A program made the translations under genes and the position numbers. Positions 10,219-22,074 of a stretch of DNA of 64,000 nucleotides are shown in pieces. Numbering within the stretch: the first letter of the stretch is position 1; each line of letters begins with the position of its first letter. The notes under the pieces were generated by a model. The model did no database searches. It was not told the DNA's origin and was given only the letters and a program-made list of their open reading frames with translations. This DNA is from Candidatus Poribacteria bacterium (GTDB lineage: Bacteria > Poribacteria > WGA-4E > WGA-3G): assembly GCA_965205015.1 (NCBI GenBank), contig OZ242029.1, positions 4,352,001-4,416,000 of the forward strand, written 5' to 3'.

Positions 10219-11928
10219 ATGTCTTATGATAGTTTAGCACTTCGCTTGGTCGTGCAGGAATTGCGTGAAACCCTTTTAAGCGGCACAATTCGGCACATTG
10301 AACAGGCGAACCCTCACACGTTTTCATTTAAAATCGGTCGCGGTCCTCAGATGCGTTGGCTGACTCTGTCGGCACACTCGTTGCATGCCCGCGCGCATCT
10401 CATCCAGAAGCCGTCCCCCGGACAGAAACAATCCTATCTGGCGGATTTTCTCACAACACATCTCAGACGCGGCACGATTACGGCGATTGAACAACTCGGT
10501 TGGGATCGGATACTCAAAATAACCGTTCAACCCGTTTCCGATGAACCGATACAGCCGTCGCCTAAAGCCATTATCGCCGAATTTATGGGCAAACATAGCA
10601 ACATTATTCTCATCGACGCAACCGACGACAGGATTTTGGAAAGTCTCAAACGTATTGACGAGACAATGAGCCGACATCGAGAGATCTTGCCCGGTGAAAC
10701 TTATACGTTGCCACCGCAACAGGAGAAGTTGGATCCACTAACATTGGATGAAGCAGCGTTCACAGAACTCGTTGGTGGACAGGAGGAGGTGCGGTGGCGG
10801 TACCTCTTTAACAACATTGACGGTTTTAGTCCGGCACTCGCAAAAGAGGTTGTCGCTCGGGCAGCGGAAACGGGACTTTGGGAAGCGTATCAGCAGGTCA
10901 TCGACTGTTTCGACGCAGCGCACACTTCACCGCAACTGCTCATGGATGGAGATGAACCGATTGCGGCTTCGGCTATGGTGCTTCATCAGTTTCCGAATGC
11001 TGCCTCTCAAGCGTTTGACACAATGAGCGACGCGCTCACTGCATATTACGAAGCAGTCACTTTGAAGGAGAACCTCGCTGCGGAACGCCGGACGCTCACG
11101 CAAGCACTGACGAAACAGGAGAATTTGCTCCAGCGAAAAGCAGATGGGCTGCACGCCGATCTGGGACGGGCAGAAAAAGCAGAGGATTATCGGATTCAGG
11201 GTGAATTGCTTCTCGCGAACCTACACACTATCACCCGCGGACAGGAACGGGTAGAATTACAAAACTATTACAGTCCTGATCTCGAAATGTTGTCGATTCC
11301 GCTGAACCCGGAACAAAGTCCATCGGAAAACGCACAGGCCTATTTCAAGAAATACACGAAAGCGAAACGGGGGCACTCACGCATCCAACAACTCATTTCG
11401 GATATAGAGGCGGATCAGGAGACACTTCGACTCTATGCCTCCAAATTAGAAGCGGCTGATACTTTAGAGGCACTGCAACGACTCCGTGCGGAGTTCGTCG
11501 CGAACGGCTATCTCAAGGCACCGCGGCGCGGTAAACAGAAACAGGAGGTGGGTGCAGGTCCTTTCCGAAGGTATACCTCTGTCAACGGCTTCCAGATGTA
11601 TGTTGGACGGAACAGTCAGTCGAATGACTTGCTCTTGCGTCAGATTGCCAAGCCCCGCGATATGTGGCTGCATGCGAAGCAAATTCACGGATCGCACGTT
11701 ATCATCCGCAACCCAGAGAATCGCCAGGATATTCCGATGCCGACGTTGTTACAAGCGGCGCAACTCGCGGCGTACTATAGCAAGGCACATCATGCCAGCA
11801 ACGTGCCTGTCGATTATACATGGGCGCGATATGTCGTGAAGCGTAAGGGTAACGTCGCTGGGTATGTGCATTACACGCGTGAGAAGACGTTATTTGTTGA
11901 GCCTGCTGTGCCTAAGTCGAAAGAATGA
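10219..11928 (+). CDS. rqcH: NFACT/RqcH (FbpA-like) ribosome quality control protein
   Basis: AEFMGKHSNIIL, ENAQAYFKKYTKAKR, VGRNSQSND, WLHAKQIHGSHV, AAQLAAYYSK, VDYT. Confidence 0.88.
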   Translation: MSYDSLALRLVVQELRETLLSGTIRHIEQANPHTFSFKIGRGPQMRWLTLSAHSLHARAHLIQKPSPGQKQSYLADFLTTHLRRGTITAIEQLGWDRILKITVQPVSDEPIQPSPKAIIAEFMGKHSNIILIDATDDRILESLKRIDETMSRHREILPGETYTLPPQQEKLDPLTLDEAAFTELVGGQEEVRWRYLFNNIDGFSPALAKEVVARAAETGLWEAYQQVIDCFDAAHTSPQLLMDGDEPIAASAMVLHQFPNAASQAFDTMSDALTAYYEAVTLKENLAAERRTLTQALTKQENLLQRKADGLHADLGRAEKAEDYRIQGELLLANLHTITRGQERVELQNYYSPDLEMLSIPLNPEQSPSENAQAYFKKYTKAKRGHSRIQQLISDIEADQETLRLYASKLEAADTLEALQRLRAEFVANGYLKAPRRGKQKQEVGAGPFRRYTSVNGFQMYVGRNSQSNDLLLRQIAKPRDMWLHAKQIHGSHVIIRNPENRQDIPMPTLLQAAQLAAYYSKAHHASNVPVDYTWARYVVKRKGNVAGYVHYTREKTLFVEPAVPKSKE

Positions 11929-11956
11929 AAATCTTGTTTTCTGTCAGAGTTGGGTT

Positions 11957-12190
11957 ATGATTGAATACAAAGGCTATATCGGTGCTGTCAATTTTGATCC
12001 AGAAATCGATCTTTTCCACGGAACGGTGATTAACACGAACGACGTAATCACGTTCTACGGGGCATCTGTAACCGAACTCCGCGAGGAGATGCAAAAGTCA
12101 ATTGAAGGTTATCTTGAATTCTGCACGGAGCAAGGGATAACACCAGAAAAGCCTTTCTCAGATAGATCCAACATAACATTGATTTCATAA
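11957..12190 (+). CDS. HicB-family antitoxin (short, no hicA partner)
   Basis: MIEYKGYIGAV.FD.E..LFHG.V....DVITFYG.SV.EL...M..SIE.YLEFC...G..PEKPFS is a HicB N-domain pattern; C-terminal DNA-binding part missing. Confidence 0.75.
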   Translation: MIEYKGYIGAVNFDPEIDLFHGTVINTNDVITFYGASVTELREEMQKSIEGYLEFCTEQGITPEKPFSDRSNITLIS

Positions 12191-12208
12191 GAAATAGGAA
12201 AATTTTGC

Positions 12209-13336
12209 ATGAACGATTTGAGAAATACTATTTCGCATATTCTTGAACACGAACAACACTTAGCAGATGCCAATGAGGCAACCATTCAACAATATGCCGT
12301 TTTACCGATTCTACGGGCTTTAGGATGGGATGATACCAACTTGGCATCTATGGAAATTCTACCAGAATATAAGGTTGAAAGTCGAAGGGCTGATTATGCC
12401 TTACATATCCAAAGAGAACAAAATCCTGTAGTGCTGATTGAGTGCAAACGGTGGAATCAAGCGATCGGAAGGAACGAAGAGCAAATCTGCTTTTACGCCT
12501 ATAGCGGAAATATCCCACTGGCGATAATTACGAATGGCAAACTCTGGCGATTCTACCTGTCTCGGTGGGAAGCTTCAAGTTTGAGTGACAGGATTTTTTG
12601 CGAAGCCGATATTGAAAGTCGAGGGAATGCTATCTCCGATTTGGAGAAATATCTCTTAAAGGCAAATGTAATCTCAGGTGAAGCAGAACTGAACGCCGAA
12701 ATAGCGTTGGAAGAAAAAAGTAAAACGAGTAACTCTGAAATTAGTCCAATCATTCCAAATCCTAATCCTGTTGATGCTGGTGTCAATGATAAATCGGAAA
12801 AAAGACCAATTACGATTCTTCCTGAATCGGATATTGAGTGGACAATTGATATGGTTAGAAGTTCATTATCCCAAGAGCTTAGAATACACTATGAAAAAAC
12901 ATACTCTGAAAAGAGACTTGAGTCGTTTTACGGTGCAGTTGCGGGCGTACAGAATTTGATAAAAAAAGAGAAGTGGGGGCTAAATCCACCAAAATTTTCA
13001 AAAATGCTTTGTGGCTTTTGGCTAACAGGTAAGGGAGTTATAGGAAGAATAAGAAGAATATTTGGGATTCTGCCTGACGGTCGTTTTCCTGTAATGGAGA
13101 TTGTAGGTAGAGATGGTAAATTAATTAAGGCTTCTATTCCACCGAGGATCTTTGTCCGAATAACCAAGGAAGAAGCAGAACAATTGGAACGTCAAAACGT
13201 CGATTTGGATGGATGTAAGTTTTGTGGTGTCGGCAAGGATAAAACAGTAGATTTCGTCTATTACAATATTCCTAAAAACATGTCTGACCTTCTTCCTGCG
13301 TTTGAGTTTGCCTATAACAAGCATCGCGGAAGTTGA
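12209..13336 (+). CDS. HsdR N-terminal-like restriction endonuclease domain protein
   Basis: NEA....VLPILRALGWD, PEY, RADYAL, LIECK, IITNGKLWRFY PD-(D/E)xK motifs; AT-richer than flanks. Confidence 0.75.
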   Translation: MNDLRNTISHILEHEQHLADANEATIQQYAVLPILRALGWDDTNLASMEILPEYKVESRRADYALHIQREQNPVVLIECKRWNQAIGRNEEQICFYAYSGNIPLAIITNGKLWRFYLSRWEASSLSDRIFCEADIESRGNAISDLEKYLLKANVISGEAELNAEIALEEKSKTSNSEISPIIPNPNPVDAGVNDKSEKRPITILPESDIEWTIDMVRSSLSQELRIHYEKTYSEKRLESFYGAVAGVQNLIKKEKWGLNPPKFSKMLCGFWLTGKGVIGRIRRIFGILPDGRFPVMEIVGRDGKLIKASIPPRIFVRITKEEAEQLERQNVDLDGCKFCGVGKDKTVDFVYYNIPKNMSDLLPAFEFAYNKHRGS

Positions 13337-13391
13337 TTCCAAAGAGCGAAGCATAGCGAAACCAACAATACAAATGTTATCGGTGTCAGAA

Positions 13392-13497
13392 GATGTCGGG
13401 TTTCACTCGTGTTGTGGTGATTTTATGCTGTTCGATGTCTTTGAAAGTCTATTTCCTTGATGACGCTTTGAGTCAGGTCCGTTCAACCCGACCTACG
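13392..13497. repeat. GTAG-family REP-like element
   Basis: GATGTCGGGTTTCAC ... GTTCAACCCGACCTAC inverted ends; the related CATAGCGAAACC(C)AACAA occurs at about 13352 and 62832. Confidence 0.5.
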
Positions 13498-13609
13498 GGC
13501 TTACGTCGAGTTCGCGTTAAATACCTTCCATGCCAATCCACTGAAATTTGTAGACACTACTTTCAATTGTGCTATACTATCCCTCAAAATTAACATAGGA
13601 GAAATTTTT

Positions 13610-14338
13610 ATGAAACTGGTTAAGTGGTTCATACTGATTGCACTCCTTTGTGTTGTCAGTCTTTTTACGACAGGAATCGCAACAGCATTAGACGAATGGG
13701 TCCATGTTGACTTGGAATCCTTCGTTAACTCAAAACTCGTTAAACACGAGTGGTGGACGAAACAGCCTGGAGATAGCACGCTTTCCCGCTTGCCTATCGG
13801 TGAAGTTGGCGAATTTGAGGGACCCGACGGAAAGGTAGAGTTCCAAATCATAGACGGTGCGATTGTGCTCTTCGGCACCAATGCTGGGATATGGCCAAAA
13901 GCAGTTGAAGACATCGTCGTTGGCGGTAAGGCAAAATTCGTCTATTTCTTCCACGCGACCGGCTGGGAACAGAACGGCGTGCCAAGCTACAAGTTCGTGA
14001 TGAATTATCGGACCGGAAAGAAGGAAGAGCTTGAAATGATTTCAGGTTTTAACTCCGATGACTGGTGCCACGACGATGCCGCGCTCCAAGACGATAACTC
14101 TGTCTGGGGATGGGTGAAGAAGGAGGGCGGTCCTTGTGGGCACGCAGGATTGGTTACCACAAAGTGGGAAAACCCGAGACCCGATGATTGGATTGAGACG
14201 ATAGATGCTATTTCTTTAGAATTGGGTTCAGTGCCTGTCATTCCGGCGATAACTTTAGGTGAAGCGACACTTGCAGTCGATCCAATGGAGAAATTAGCTG
14301 TGACTTGGGGAGGTTTGAAAAATCCGAGTGGACGTTAG
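13610..14338 (+). CDS. Secreted hypothetical protein with C-terminal AVDPxxKLAxTWGxLK motif
   Basis: Signal peptide, beta-rich domain, terminal AVDPMEKLAVTWGGLK. Confidence 0.75.
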   Translation: MKLVKWFILIALLCVVSLFTTGIATALDEWVHVDLESFVNSKLVKHEWWTKQPGDSTLSRLPIGEVGEFEGPDGKVEFQIIDGAIVLFGTNAGIWPKAVEDIVVGGKAKFVYFFHATGWEQNGVPSYKFVMNYRTGKKEELEMISGFNSDDWCHDDAALQDDNSVWGWVKKEGGPCGHAGLVTTKWENPRPDDWIETIDAISLELGSVPVIPAITLGEATLAVDPMEKLAVTWGGLKNPSGR

Positions 14339-14351
14339 AATCCCTTTACGC

Positions 14352-14386
14352 ATAGGCGAGGTTTCTTAATCTCGCCTATTTTTTTT
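14352..14386 (+). terminator. Rho-independent terminator
   Basis: ATAGGCGAG-N10-CTCGCCTAT stem followed by a T tract. Confidence 0.8.
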
Positions 14387-14411
14387 CTCTTCACGTCTTA
14401 CGATAATAAAA

Positions 14412-14440
14412 TTGACTTTGTGTGTCGTGTATGCTATAAT
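14412..14440 (+). promoter_or_regulatory. Sigma70 promoter of groEL
   Basis: TTGACT-17bp-TATAAT with extended -10 TG; no CIRCE element seen. Confidence 0.75.
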
Positions 14441-14501
14441 TATATCAGCGATTTGTAATCGCAACACTTTTGATTCTGTAATATTACAACACTAAAATTG
14501 A

Positions 14502-16160
<1,659 letters not shown>

Positions 16161-16176
16161 ACGTATTCATCGTTAG

Positions 16177-16265
16177 TAATGTAGGCAGGCACAAGACCTG
16201 ATGAATAATGTGGGCAGGCACAAGGCCTGATGAATAATGTGGGCAGGCACAAGGCCTGCCCCTAC
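16177..16265. repeat. Three tandem 29-bp REP-derived units
   Basis: TAATGTRGGCAGGCACAAGRCCTGATGAA twice, third unit ending in GCCCCTAC; a single copy of the same REP lies at 52599-52623. Confidence 0.85.
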
Positions 16266-16272
16266 TTTGTAT

Positions 16273-16734
16273 TTAATACCTTGCTTCCATCCCGCTATCC
16301 CAATCACAATCGAGACAAAACATCACCTTCGGTCCTAAGTACTGGATGTTTTTGCCACTACACTCCGGGCACACTTTTATCGGCTTCTCGATTTCATCGG
16401 TCTCACCGTGTTGGAGAATGTTCAGATAATACACCTTTAGCACACCCGGATAACGGTGTCCCATCGGACAGCGGATCAGATCGGAACTATCATTCTCAAA
16501 ACGTTCTATTGTTTCGCGAAGGAATGTCAATCGGCGGTGGCAGATTGGACAAGGATTGGGGGTCAATTCCTTCAGGACGATCAAGTCGGTATTTTCTTGT
16601 TGGATGGAGACTGATAAGGCGAGATGATGGGCGAGTTGCAAATGCGATATGCCTTGAGACCCGAGTTTTTTGGCGAGTTCAGAAACGAGTTTCGCGTAAC
16701 TTTGTGGACTGAGGACCACTTCTGTCGGAATCAT
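16273..16734 (-). CDS. Hypothetical Zn-ribbon protein
   Basis: 153 aa with CPIC, CPMGH, CPEC and CLDC pairs. Confidence 0.6.
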   Translation of the reverse strand: MIPTEVVLSPQSYAKLVSELAKKLGSQGISHLQLAHHLALSVSIQQENTDLIVLKELTPNPCPICHRRLTFLRETIERFENDSSDLIRCPMGHRYPGVLKVYYLNILQHGETDEIEKPIKVCPECSGKNIQYLGPKVMFCLDCDWDSGMEARY

Positions 16735-16824
16735 CGTTCCGCCCTTTAAGCTGGAGAGAAGTTGATAGATGCGTTCTAAAATGGGCTGCCACCCCCTATA
16801 CCTTTCTAACAGAATAGAAAAGAA

Positions 16825-17205
16825 CTATACTGTCCTACCTTCGGTGGGTTCAGAAGCTAATGTCCGTTCATTACCGCGCGCGAGTGGTGAAGAGGATACC
16901 CCCCTTTGGGAACGGTAAGCATCCGCTGGCTGGTTCCGGATCAGAATTAGATCGTCCCCATCACGTTCAATAATATCGTCCTGCATTAATGTGATTTCAA
17001 ATTTTCGCATGCTGGTCATGAAGTTAATGGTGACGCGCGCCGCTGCTTCCAACTTAATCTGCCAACCGGTTGCCGTTTTCGTCCGAGTGAACCGATCACT
17101 AATATCAAGGGACTGCATCTGGGCAGCGTTGACGATCACACCGCTCGCTGCTTGTGTTCGTTCTTGGGCTTCGACAGCACTCTGATTATTGTTTTGTTCC
17201 GCCAT
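16825..17205 (-). CDS. Hypothetical protein
   Basis: ORF with likely start MAEQNN behind GAGGTGA. Confidence 0.55.
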   Translation of the reverse strand: MAEQNNNQSAVEAQERTQAASGVIVNAAQMQSLDISDRFTRTKTATGWQIKLEAAARVTINFMTSMRKFEITLMQDDIIERDGDDLILIRNQPADAYRSQRGVSSSPLARGNERTLASEPTEGRTV

Positions 17206-17358
17206 GTTGCACTTCACCTCTACAAAATTCGAATTGAGCATATTTTAACAGAGGGCGTTCTCTGTTGTCAAACAATTTTTTCGAGGGTGTGCCTCATGTC
17301 CGAGATGCGGGCACTTAAAACAAAAAGTTAGGTGGCTCTGTGCCTGAGAAAAGCCCGC

Positions 17359-17387
17359 TTGACAATACGGCGAGGATATGTTAAAAT
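17359..17387 (+). promoter_or_regulatory. Sigma70 promoter of leuS-rnj
   Basis: TTGACA-17bp-TAAAAT with extended -10 TG. Confidence 0.7.
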
Positions 17388-17438
17388 TGATACTCGTAAA
17401 GCCACTATGAACAGGATTACAAAGGAGACGAACGCGAA

Positions 17439-20021
17439 ATGGAGAACCATCCTTACACTCCCACAGAAATAGAGCCCTATTGGCAAGCGGCGTGGGAAGA
17501 AAAAGAAGCATTCAAAATTCCAAACGATATTGAAACCTTGGCAAAGAAACCGAAGTTCTACGTGCTCGGAATGTTCCCCTATACTTCAGGTGCCGGACTG
17601 CACGTCGGACACTCAAAAAACTACTTACCCACCGATGTGCTTGCGAACTTCCGGCGAATGCAGGGCTACCACGTGATGCACCCAATGGGATGGGATGCCT
17701 TTGGACTTCCGACCGAACGGACAGCCGTCCGTGAAAATGAACACCCGGCGCACATCACACAACGGAACACGACCACCTTTCGTCAGCAGATGCAAAGGTT
17801 CGGTTTCTCTTACGACTGGTCGCGCGAAATTGATACCTCCCTCCCTGAATATTACAGATGGACACAATGGATTTTTCTCCGCCTTTACGAAAAAGGCTTG
17901 GCATATCTCGCCGAGGTCCCTGTTAACTGGTGTCCGGCGTTAAGTACCGTCCTTGCAAACGAAGAGGTGAAGGATGGAAAATATGTCGAAACGGGGGATC
18001 CGGTTGAACGCCGCCTCATGCGCCAATGGATGCTCAAAATTACCGCTTATGCAGATCGACTTCTGGAGGACCTGGATCTCTTGGATTGGCCCGAGGGGCT
18101 CAAAGAGATGCAAAGGCATTGGATCGGTAAGTCGGAAGGGGCGGACATCACCTTCGATGTTAAGGACAGTGATCACACGTTCACTGTTTTCACGACGCGT
18201 CCCGATACACTCTTCGGTGCAACCTACTGTGTCCTTGCTCCCGAACATCCGCTCGTCTCCGAGATAACGCACTCCGATGCAGTCTCCACAGTTAACGCTT
18301 ACGTCAAAGAAGCCGTCAACAAATCCGACCTTCAACGGACAGATCTCGCCACAGAGAAGACGGGTGTTTTTACGGGTGCCTATGCGATCAACCCGTGCAA
18401 CAACGCCCCTATCCCGATCTGGGTTGCAGATTACGTTCTAATGACATACGGCACGGGTGCCATCATGGCGGTTCCGGGACACGATGAACGCGACCATGAA
18501 TTCGCCACAACTTTCGGTATTCCGATCGTCGAAGTCATCCGCCCCTTCCCCGGAACGGGTGTGGACCCCGGCGGCGAAAAACCGATCGAAGCGGCGGCTT
18601 TTGAAGGGGACGGTATTTGCGTCAACTCCGGTTTCCTCAACGATTTACACGTTGCTGAGGCGAAAGAGAAAATGATCGGATGGCTTGAAGTCGAGAAAAG
18701 GGGAACGCGCCGAGTTCAATATCGTTTACGAGACTGGCTCTTCTCCCGGCAACGTTATTGGGGCGAACCCTTCCCTCTGGTGCATCTTGACGATGGAACG
18801 ATCGTTCAACTGCCAGACGAGGCGTTGCCTTTAGAACTTCCGCCTATTGATGCATACAAGCCGACAGAGGATGGTAAACCACCGCTCGCCCGCGCCGATG
18901 CGGATTGGTTAAGAGTAACGCTACCCGATGGTCAAACAGCGACGCGAGAGACGAACATTATGCCGCAATGGGCGGGTTCCTGCTGGTATTATCTCCGCTT
19001 CCTTGACGCACAGAATGCTGATACCGCCTTTGAGTCGGCACTTGAACGCTATTGGATGCCTGTCGATCTTTATTTAGGTGGTGCCGAGCACGCTGTGTTA
19101 CATCTGCTCTACGCCCGGTTTTGGCATAAGGTGCTTTACGATTGCGGATTGGTCTCCACGAAAGAACCGTTCCAGGGTTTGGTGAACCAAGGGACAATCC
19201 TCGCGGAATCGTATCAGGATAATGCTGGGAAGTATTACTACCCACACGAAGTTGAACGGAACAACGGGAAAGCCGTAACCAAAACCTCTGGTATGTCGCT
19301 TCATGTACAAATGGAGAAGATGTCCAAATCGCGCTTCAACGTTATCAACTCGGATGATGTTATTGACCAATATGGCGCAGATGCAATTCGCCTCTATCTT
19401 CTGTTTATCGGACCCGTCACAGCCAGCACCCCGTGGCAAGATGCCGGTGTAGAAGGCGTCTACCGATTCCTCCAACGCGTCTGGAGGCTCGTTATTGATG
19501 AAGAGAGCGGTGAACTCAGCGAGAAGTTAACCGACATTGCTGGCACAACGGAACCTGAACTTTGGCGGGAACTCCATAAGACCATCAAGCAGGTAACCGA
19601 AGACACGGCGTCCATCGACAAGATGAATACAGCGATTAGCCAGATGATGATTTTCGTTAACGTCGCTACACAGGCGAAAACGCTACCGAAAGAGATCTTG
19701 AAGGTCTTCTTACATCTGCTCTCGCCTTATGCACCGCATATCGCACAGGAATTGTGGCACCGCTTGGGTGAAACAGGGTTTATCGCGCTTTCACAGTGGC
19801 CTACACACGACGAATCCGTACTTACCAGTGCTACCGTAACCATTGTTGCCCAAGTCAATGGAAAACTCCGCAGCCGGCTCCAACTTCCTGCCGATGTAAC
19901 CGACAAGGAGATCGAGGCAGCAGCACTCGCAGATGAACGGGTTCAGCGGTTCATCGAAGGGAAACCGATTCGGAAGGTCATCGTCGTCCCGAACCGTAAT
20001 CTTATTAACATCGTTGTTTAA
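17439..20021 (+). CDS. leuS: Leucine--tRNA ligase
   Basis: [14 protein letters not shown] (HIGH), KMSKS, FTTRPDT editing domain, SRQRYWGEP. Confidence 0.97.
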   Translation: MENHPYTPTEIEPYWQAAWEEKEAFKIPNDIETLAKKPKFYVLGMFPYTSGAGLHVGHSKNYLPTDVLANFRRMQGYHVMHPMGWDAFGLPTERTAVRENEHPAHITQRNTTTFRQQMQRFGFSYDWSREIDTSLPEYYRWTQWIFLRLYEKGLAYLAEVPVNWCPALSTVLANEEVKDGKYVETGDPVERRLMRQWMLKITAYADRLLEDLDLLDWPEGLKEMQRHWIGKSEGADITFDVKDSDHTFTVFTTRPDTLFGATYCVLAPEHPLVSEITHSDAVSTVNAYVKEAVNKSDLQRTDLATEKTGVFTGAYAINPCNNAPIPIWVADYVLMTYGTGAIMAVPGHDERDHEFATTFGIPIVEVIRPFPGTGVDPGGEKPIEAAAFEGDGICVNSGFLNDLHVAEAKEKMIGWLEVEKRGTRRVQYRLRDWLFSRQRYWGEPFPLVHLDDGTIVQLPDEALPLELPPIDAYKPTEDGKPPLARADADWLRVTLPDGQTATRETNIMPQWAGSCWYYLRFLDAQNADTAFESALERYWMPVDLYLGGAEHAVLHLLYARFWHKVLYDCGLVSTKEPFQGLVNQGTILAESYQDNAGKYYYPHEVERNNGKAVTKTSGMSLHVQMEKMSKSRFNVINSDDVIDQYGADAIRLYLLFIGPVTASTPWQDAGVEGVYRFLQRVWRLVIDEESGELSEKLTDIAGTTEPELWRELHKTIKQVTEDTASIDKMNTAISQMMIFVNVATQAKTLPKEILKVFLHLLSPYAPHIAQELWHRLGETGFIALSQWPTHDESVLTSATVTIVAQVNGKLRSRLQLPADVTDKEIEAAALADERVQRFIEGKPIRKVIVVPNRNLINIVV

Positions 20022-20036
20022 AGGAATAATTAAAAA

Positions 20037-21845
20037 TTGGAATTTGAAGAAATTAAAGGAAACGTTTCGATTATCCCATTAGGAGGTTTAGGCGAATTTG
20101 GGCTTAACATGATGGTGTATGAGACCGAAGATGACATTATCGTCATTGATACCGGTTTCATGCTACCGAAATCAGACATGCCCGGGGTCGATCTGATATT
20201 ACCAGATATCCATTATCTTGTTGAACGACAGGAAAAGATTCGCGGGATCCTTCTAACTCACGGACATGAAGATCATATCGGTGCCTTATTCTACGTGCTA
20301 CGGCAGTTAGATGTGCCTGTCTATGGTACGCAGCTGACCCTGGCGATTGCCAGGGGGAGATTACGCGAATACGGTGTTCTCAGCAAGGCACAGCTCAATA
20401 CGATTGCACCCGGCGATACAGTGGAATTGGGTGATTTTTCAGCCGAATTCATCCATGTGACGCACAGTATTCCAGATACGGTAGCAATTGCGCTCCGCAC
20501 ACCCGTCGGTGTCATTGTCCATACAGGCGATTTCAAGTTCGACATGACCCCTATCGATGGAAAGTTGAGTGACATTCAGACGCTCGCGCGTTTGGGGGCA
20601 GAAGGTGTGCTTCTTCTCATCTCCGACAGTACAAATGCTGAGCGGCCCGGACAAACCCCTTCTGAGCGAAGTATTTATGGGACGATAGATAATATATTTC
20701 AGAAGACTGAGCAGAAGTTGTTCCTCAGCACTTTTTCTTCGAGTCTACACCGTATCCAACAATTCGTTGATTTGGCAAATATACACCGGAGGCTCGTTGC
20801 CGTCACTGGGCGTTCTCTGCTCAATAATATCCGCATCGCTTCTGAGCTCGGTTATCTCAACCTGAATCCGGCTTACCTCATCGATGCGCGCGATGCCTCC
20901 ATGTTCAAACCGAACGAGGTCATGATTTTAAGCACCGGCAGCCAAGGTGAACCCCGATCCGCATTGGCATTAATGGCGGTTGACAATCATCCGTTTTTAA
21001 AGGTAGAACCAGGGGATACTGTCGTCATCTCTGCCAGGATCATTCCGGGCAACGAAAAGGCTATCGGAAACGTCGTTAACCATCTGCTCAGACGCGGGGC
21101 AAAGATATATCATGAACGTAATGCAGACGTTCATGTATCAGGTCATGGGGCAAGCGAAGATCTGAAATTGATGCTCAATCTCTTGAAGCCTAAGTTTTTC
21201 ATACCGGTGCATGGTGAGTATCAAAACCTGATCCGGCATGCCGAACTTGCTGAGTCTGTGGGTATACCGAATGACAATATTAAAGTCGCTGAAGATGGCG
21301 AGCTCATTCGACTTACCTCGGAGACGTGTGAGATTTTTGGACGCGAAGGACGTTCCGGCCGCGTCCTTGTTGATGGCAAACCAGAATTTGAGCTTGAGGA
21401 TGTCGTCCTACGGGATCGTATCCAACTCGCCGAAGACGGTATTGTTATCCCTATTGTTGTCCTGTACAGTGATACGGGTGATGGCAGTCAGCCATCAGCC
21501 ATCAGCGATCAGGAAGAGGGCGGTCAGCAATCGGCGGTCAGCAGTGCGGAAGAGAATGTTTCTGCTGATAGCCAACTGCCGGTGGGTTCCGATGCCGATG
21601 CTAAAGCAGGACTCAACGCTGGACAGATAGAAATCATCTCGCGGGGATTTATCCAGATGGATAAATCGGAAGTACTGATAGAGGAAGCGAAAGAAATTAC
21701 CCTGAGCGTCCTTGAGAACCTGAGCGATGAACAGAAGCAGGAGACGGAGACAGTCCAAGACGAGATCCGAGGTGCGCTCCGCCGATTCTTCTCGAAACGG
21801 ATGCAACGGACACCGCTGGTCTTCCCAGTCGTCATGCGGGTTTGA
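20037..21845 (+). CDS. rnj: Ribonuclease J
   Basis: PLGGLGEFGLNM, THGHEDHIG, HVSGH, PVHGE; TTG start; carries a C-terminal low-complexity insertion. Confidence 0.95.
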   Translation: MEFEEIKGNVSIIPLGGLGEFGLNMMVYETEDDIIVIDTGFMLPKSDMPGVDLILPDIHYLVERQEKIRGILLTHGHEDHIGALFYVLRQLDVPVYGTQLTLAIARGRLREYGVLSKAQLNTIAPGDTVELGDFSAEFIHVTHSIPDTVAIALRTPVGVIVHTGDFKFDMTPIDGKLSDIQTLARLGAEGVLLLISDSTNAERPGQTPSERSIYGTIDNIFQKTEQKLFLSTFSSSLHRIQQFVDLANIHRRLVAVTGRSLLNNIRIASELGYLNLNPAYLIDARDASMFKPNEVMILSTGSQGEPRSALALMAVDNHPFLKVEPGDTVVISARIIPGNEKAIGNVVNHLLRRGAKIYHERNADVHVSGHGASEDLKLMLNLLKPKFFIPVHGEYQNLIRHAELAESVGIPNDNIKVAEDGELIRLTSETCEIFGREGRSGRVLVDGKPEFELEDVVLRDRIQLAEDGIVIPIVVLYSDTGDGSQPSAISDQEEGGQQSAVSSAEENVSADSQLPVGSDADAKAGLNAGQIEIISRGFIQMDKSEVLIEEAKEITLSVLENLSDEQKQETETVQDEIRGALRRFFSKRMQRTPLVFPVVMRV

Positions 21846-21927
21846 TAATGGTTCCCAAACGCGCAGTGAGAGTAAAACAGAACTCTGATTTAACAGTCCT
21901 CCTCTTAACTGAAAACTGATAACTATA

Positions 21928-22054
21928 ATAGGACTTACGCAATGCGCAATGAATTGCGCTACTACAAACCACTACTCTTCGGAGAAATGCTTGTATTTAC
22001 AAGAGCCCCACGCTCGTAGTGAGGCGATTTATCGCCTCTTTGCGTAAGTCCTAT
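21928..22054. mobile_element. MITE-like element with 15-bp perfect terminal inverted repeats and internal REP hairpins
   Basis: ATAGGACTTACGCAA (21928-21942) and TTGCGTAAGTCCTAT (22040-22054); internal GCGCAATGAATTGCGCTACTAC and GTAGTGAGGCGATTTATCGCCTC. Confidence 0.7.
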
Positions 22055-22074
22055 ATAAAAAGGACGGAATTAAA

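Noticed and set aside
16177-16265. Possible mini CRISPR array
   Set aside because: Units are directly adjacent with no unique spacers, match a REP seen elsewhere, and no cas genes are present
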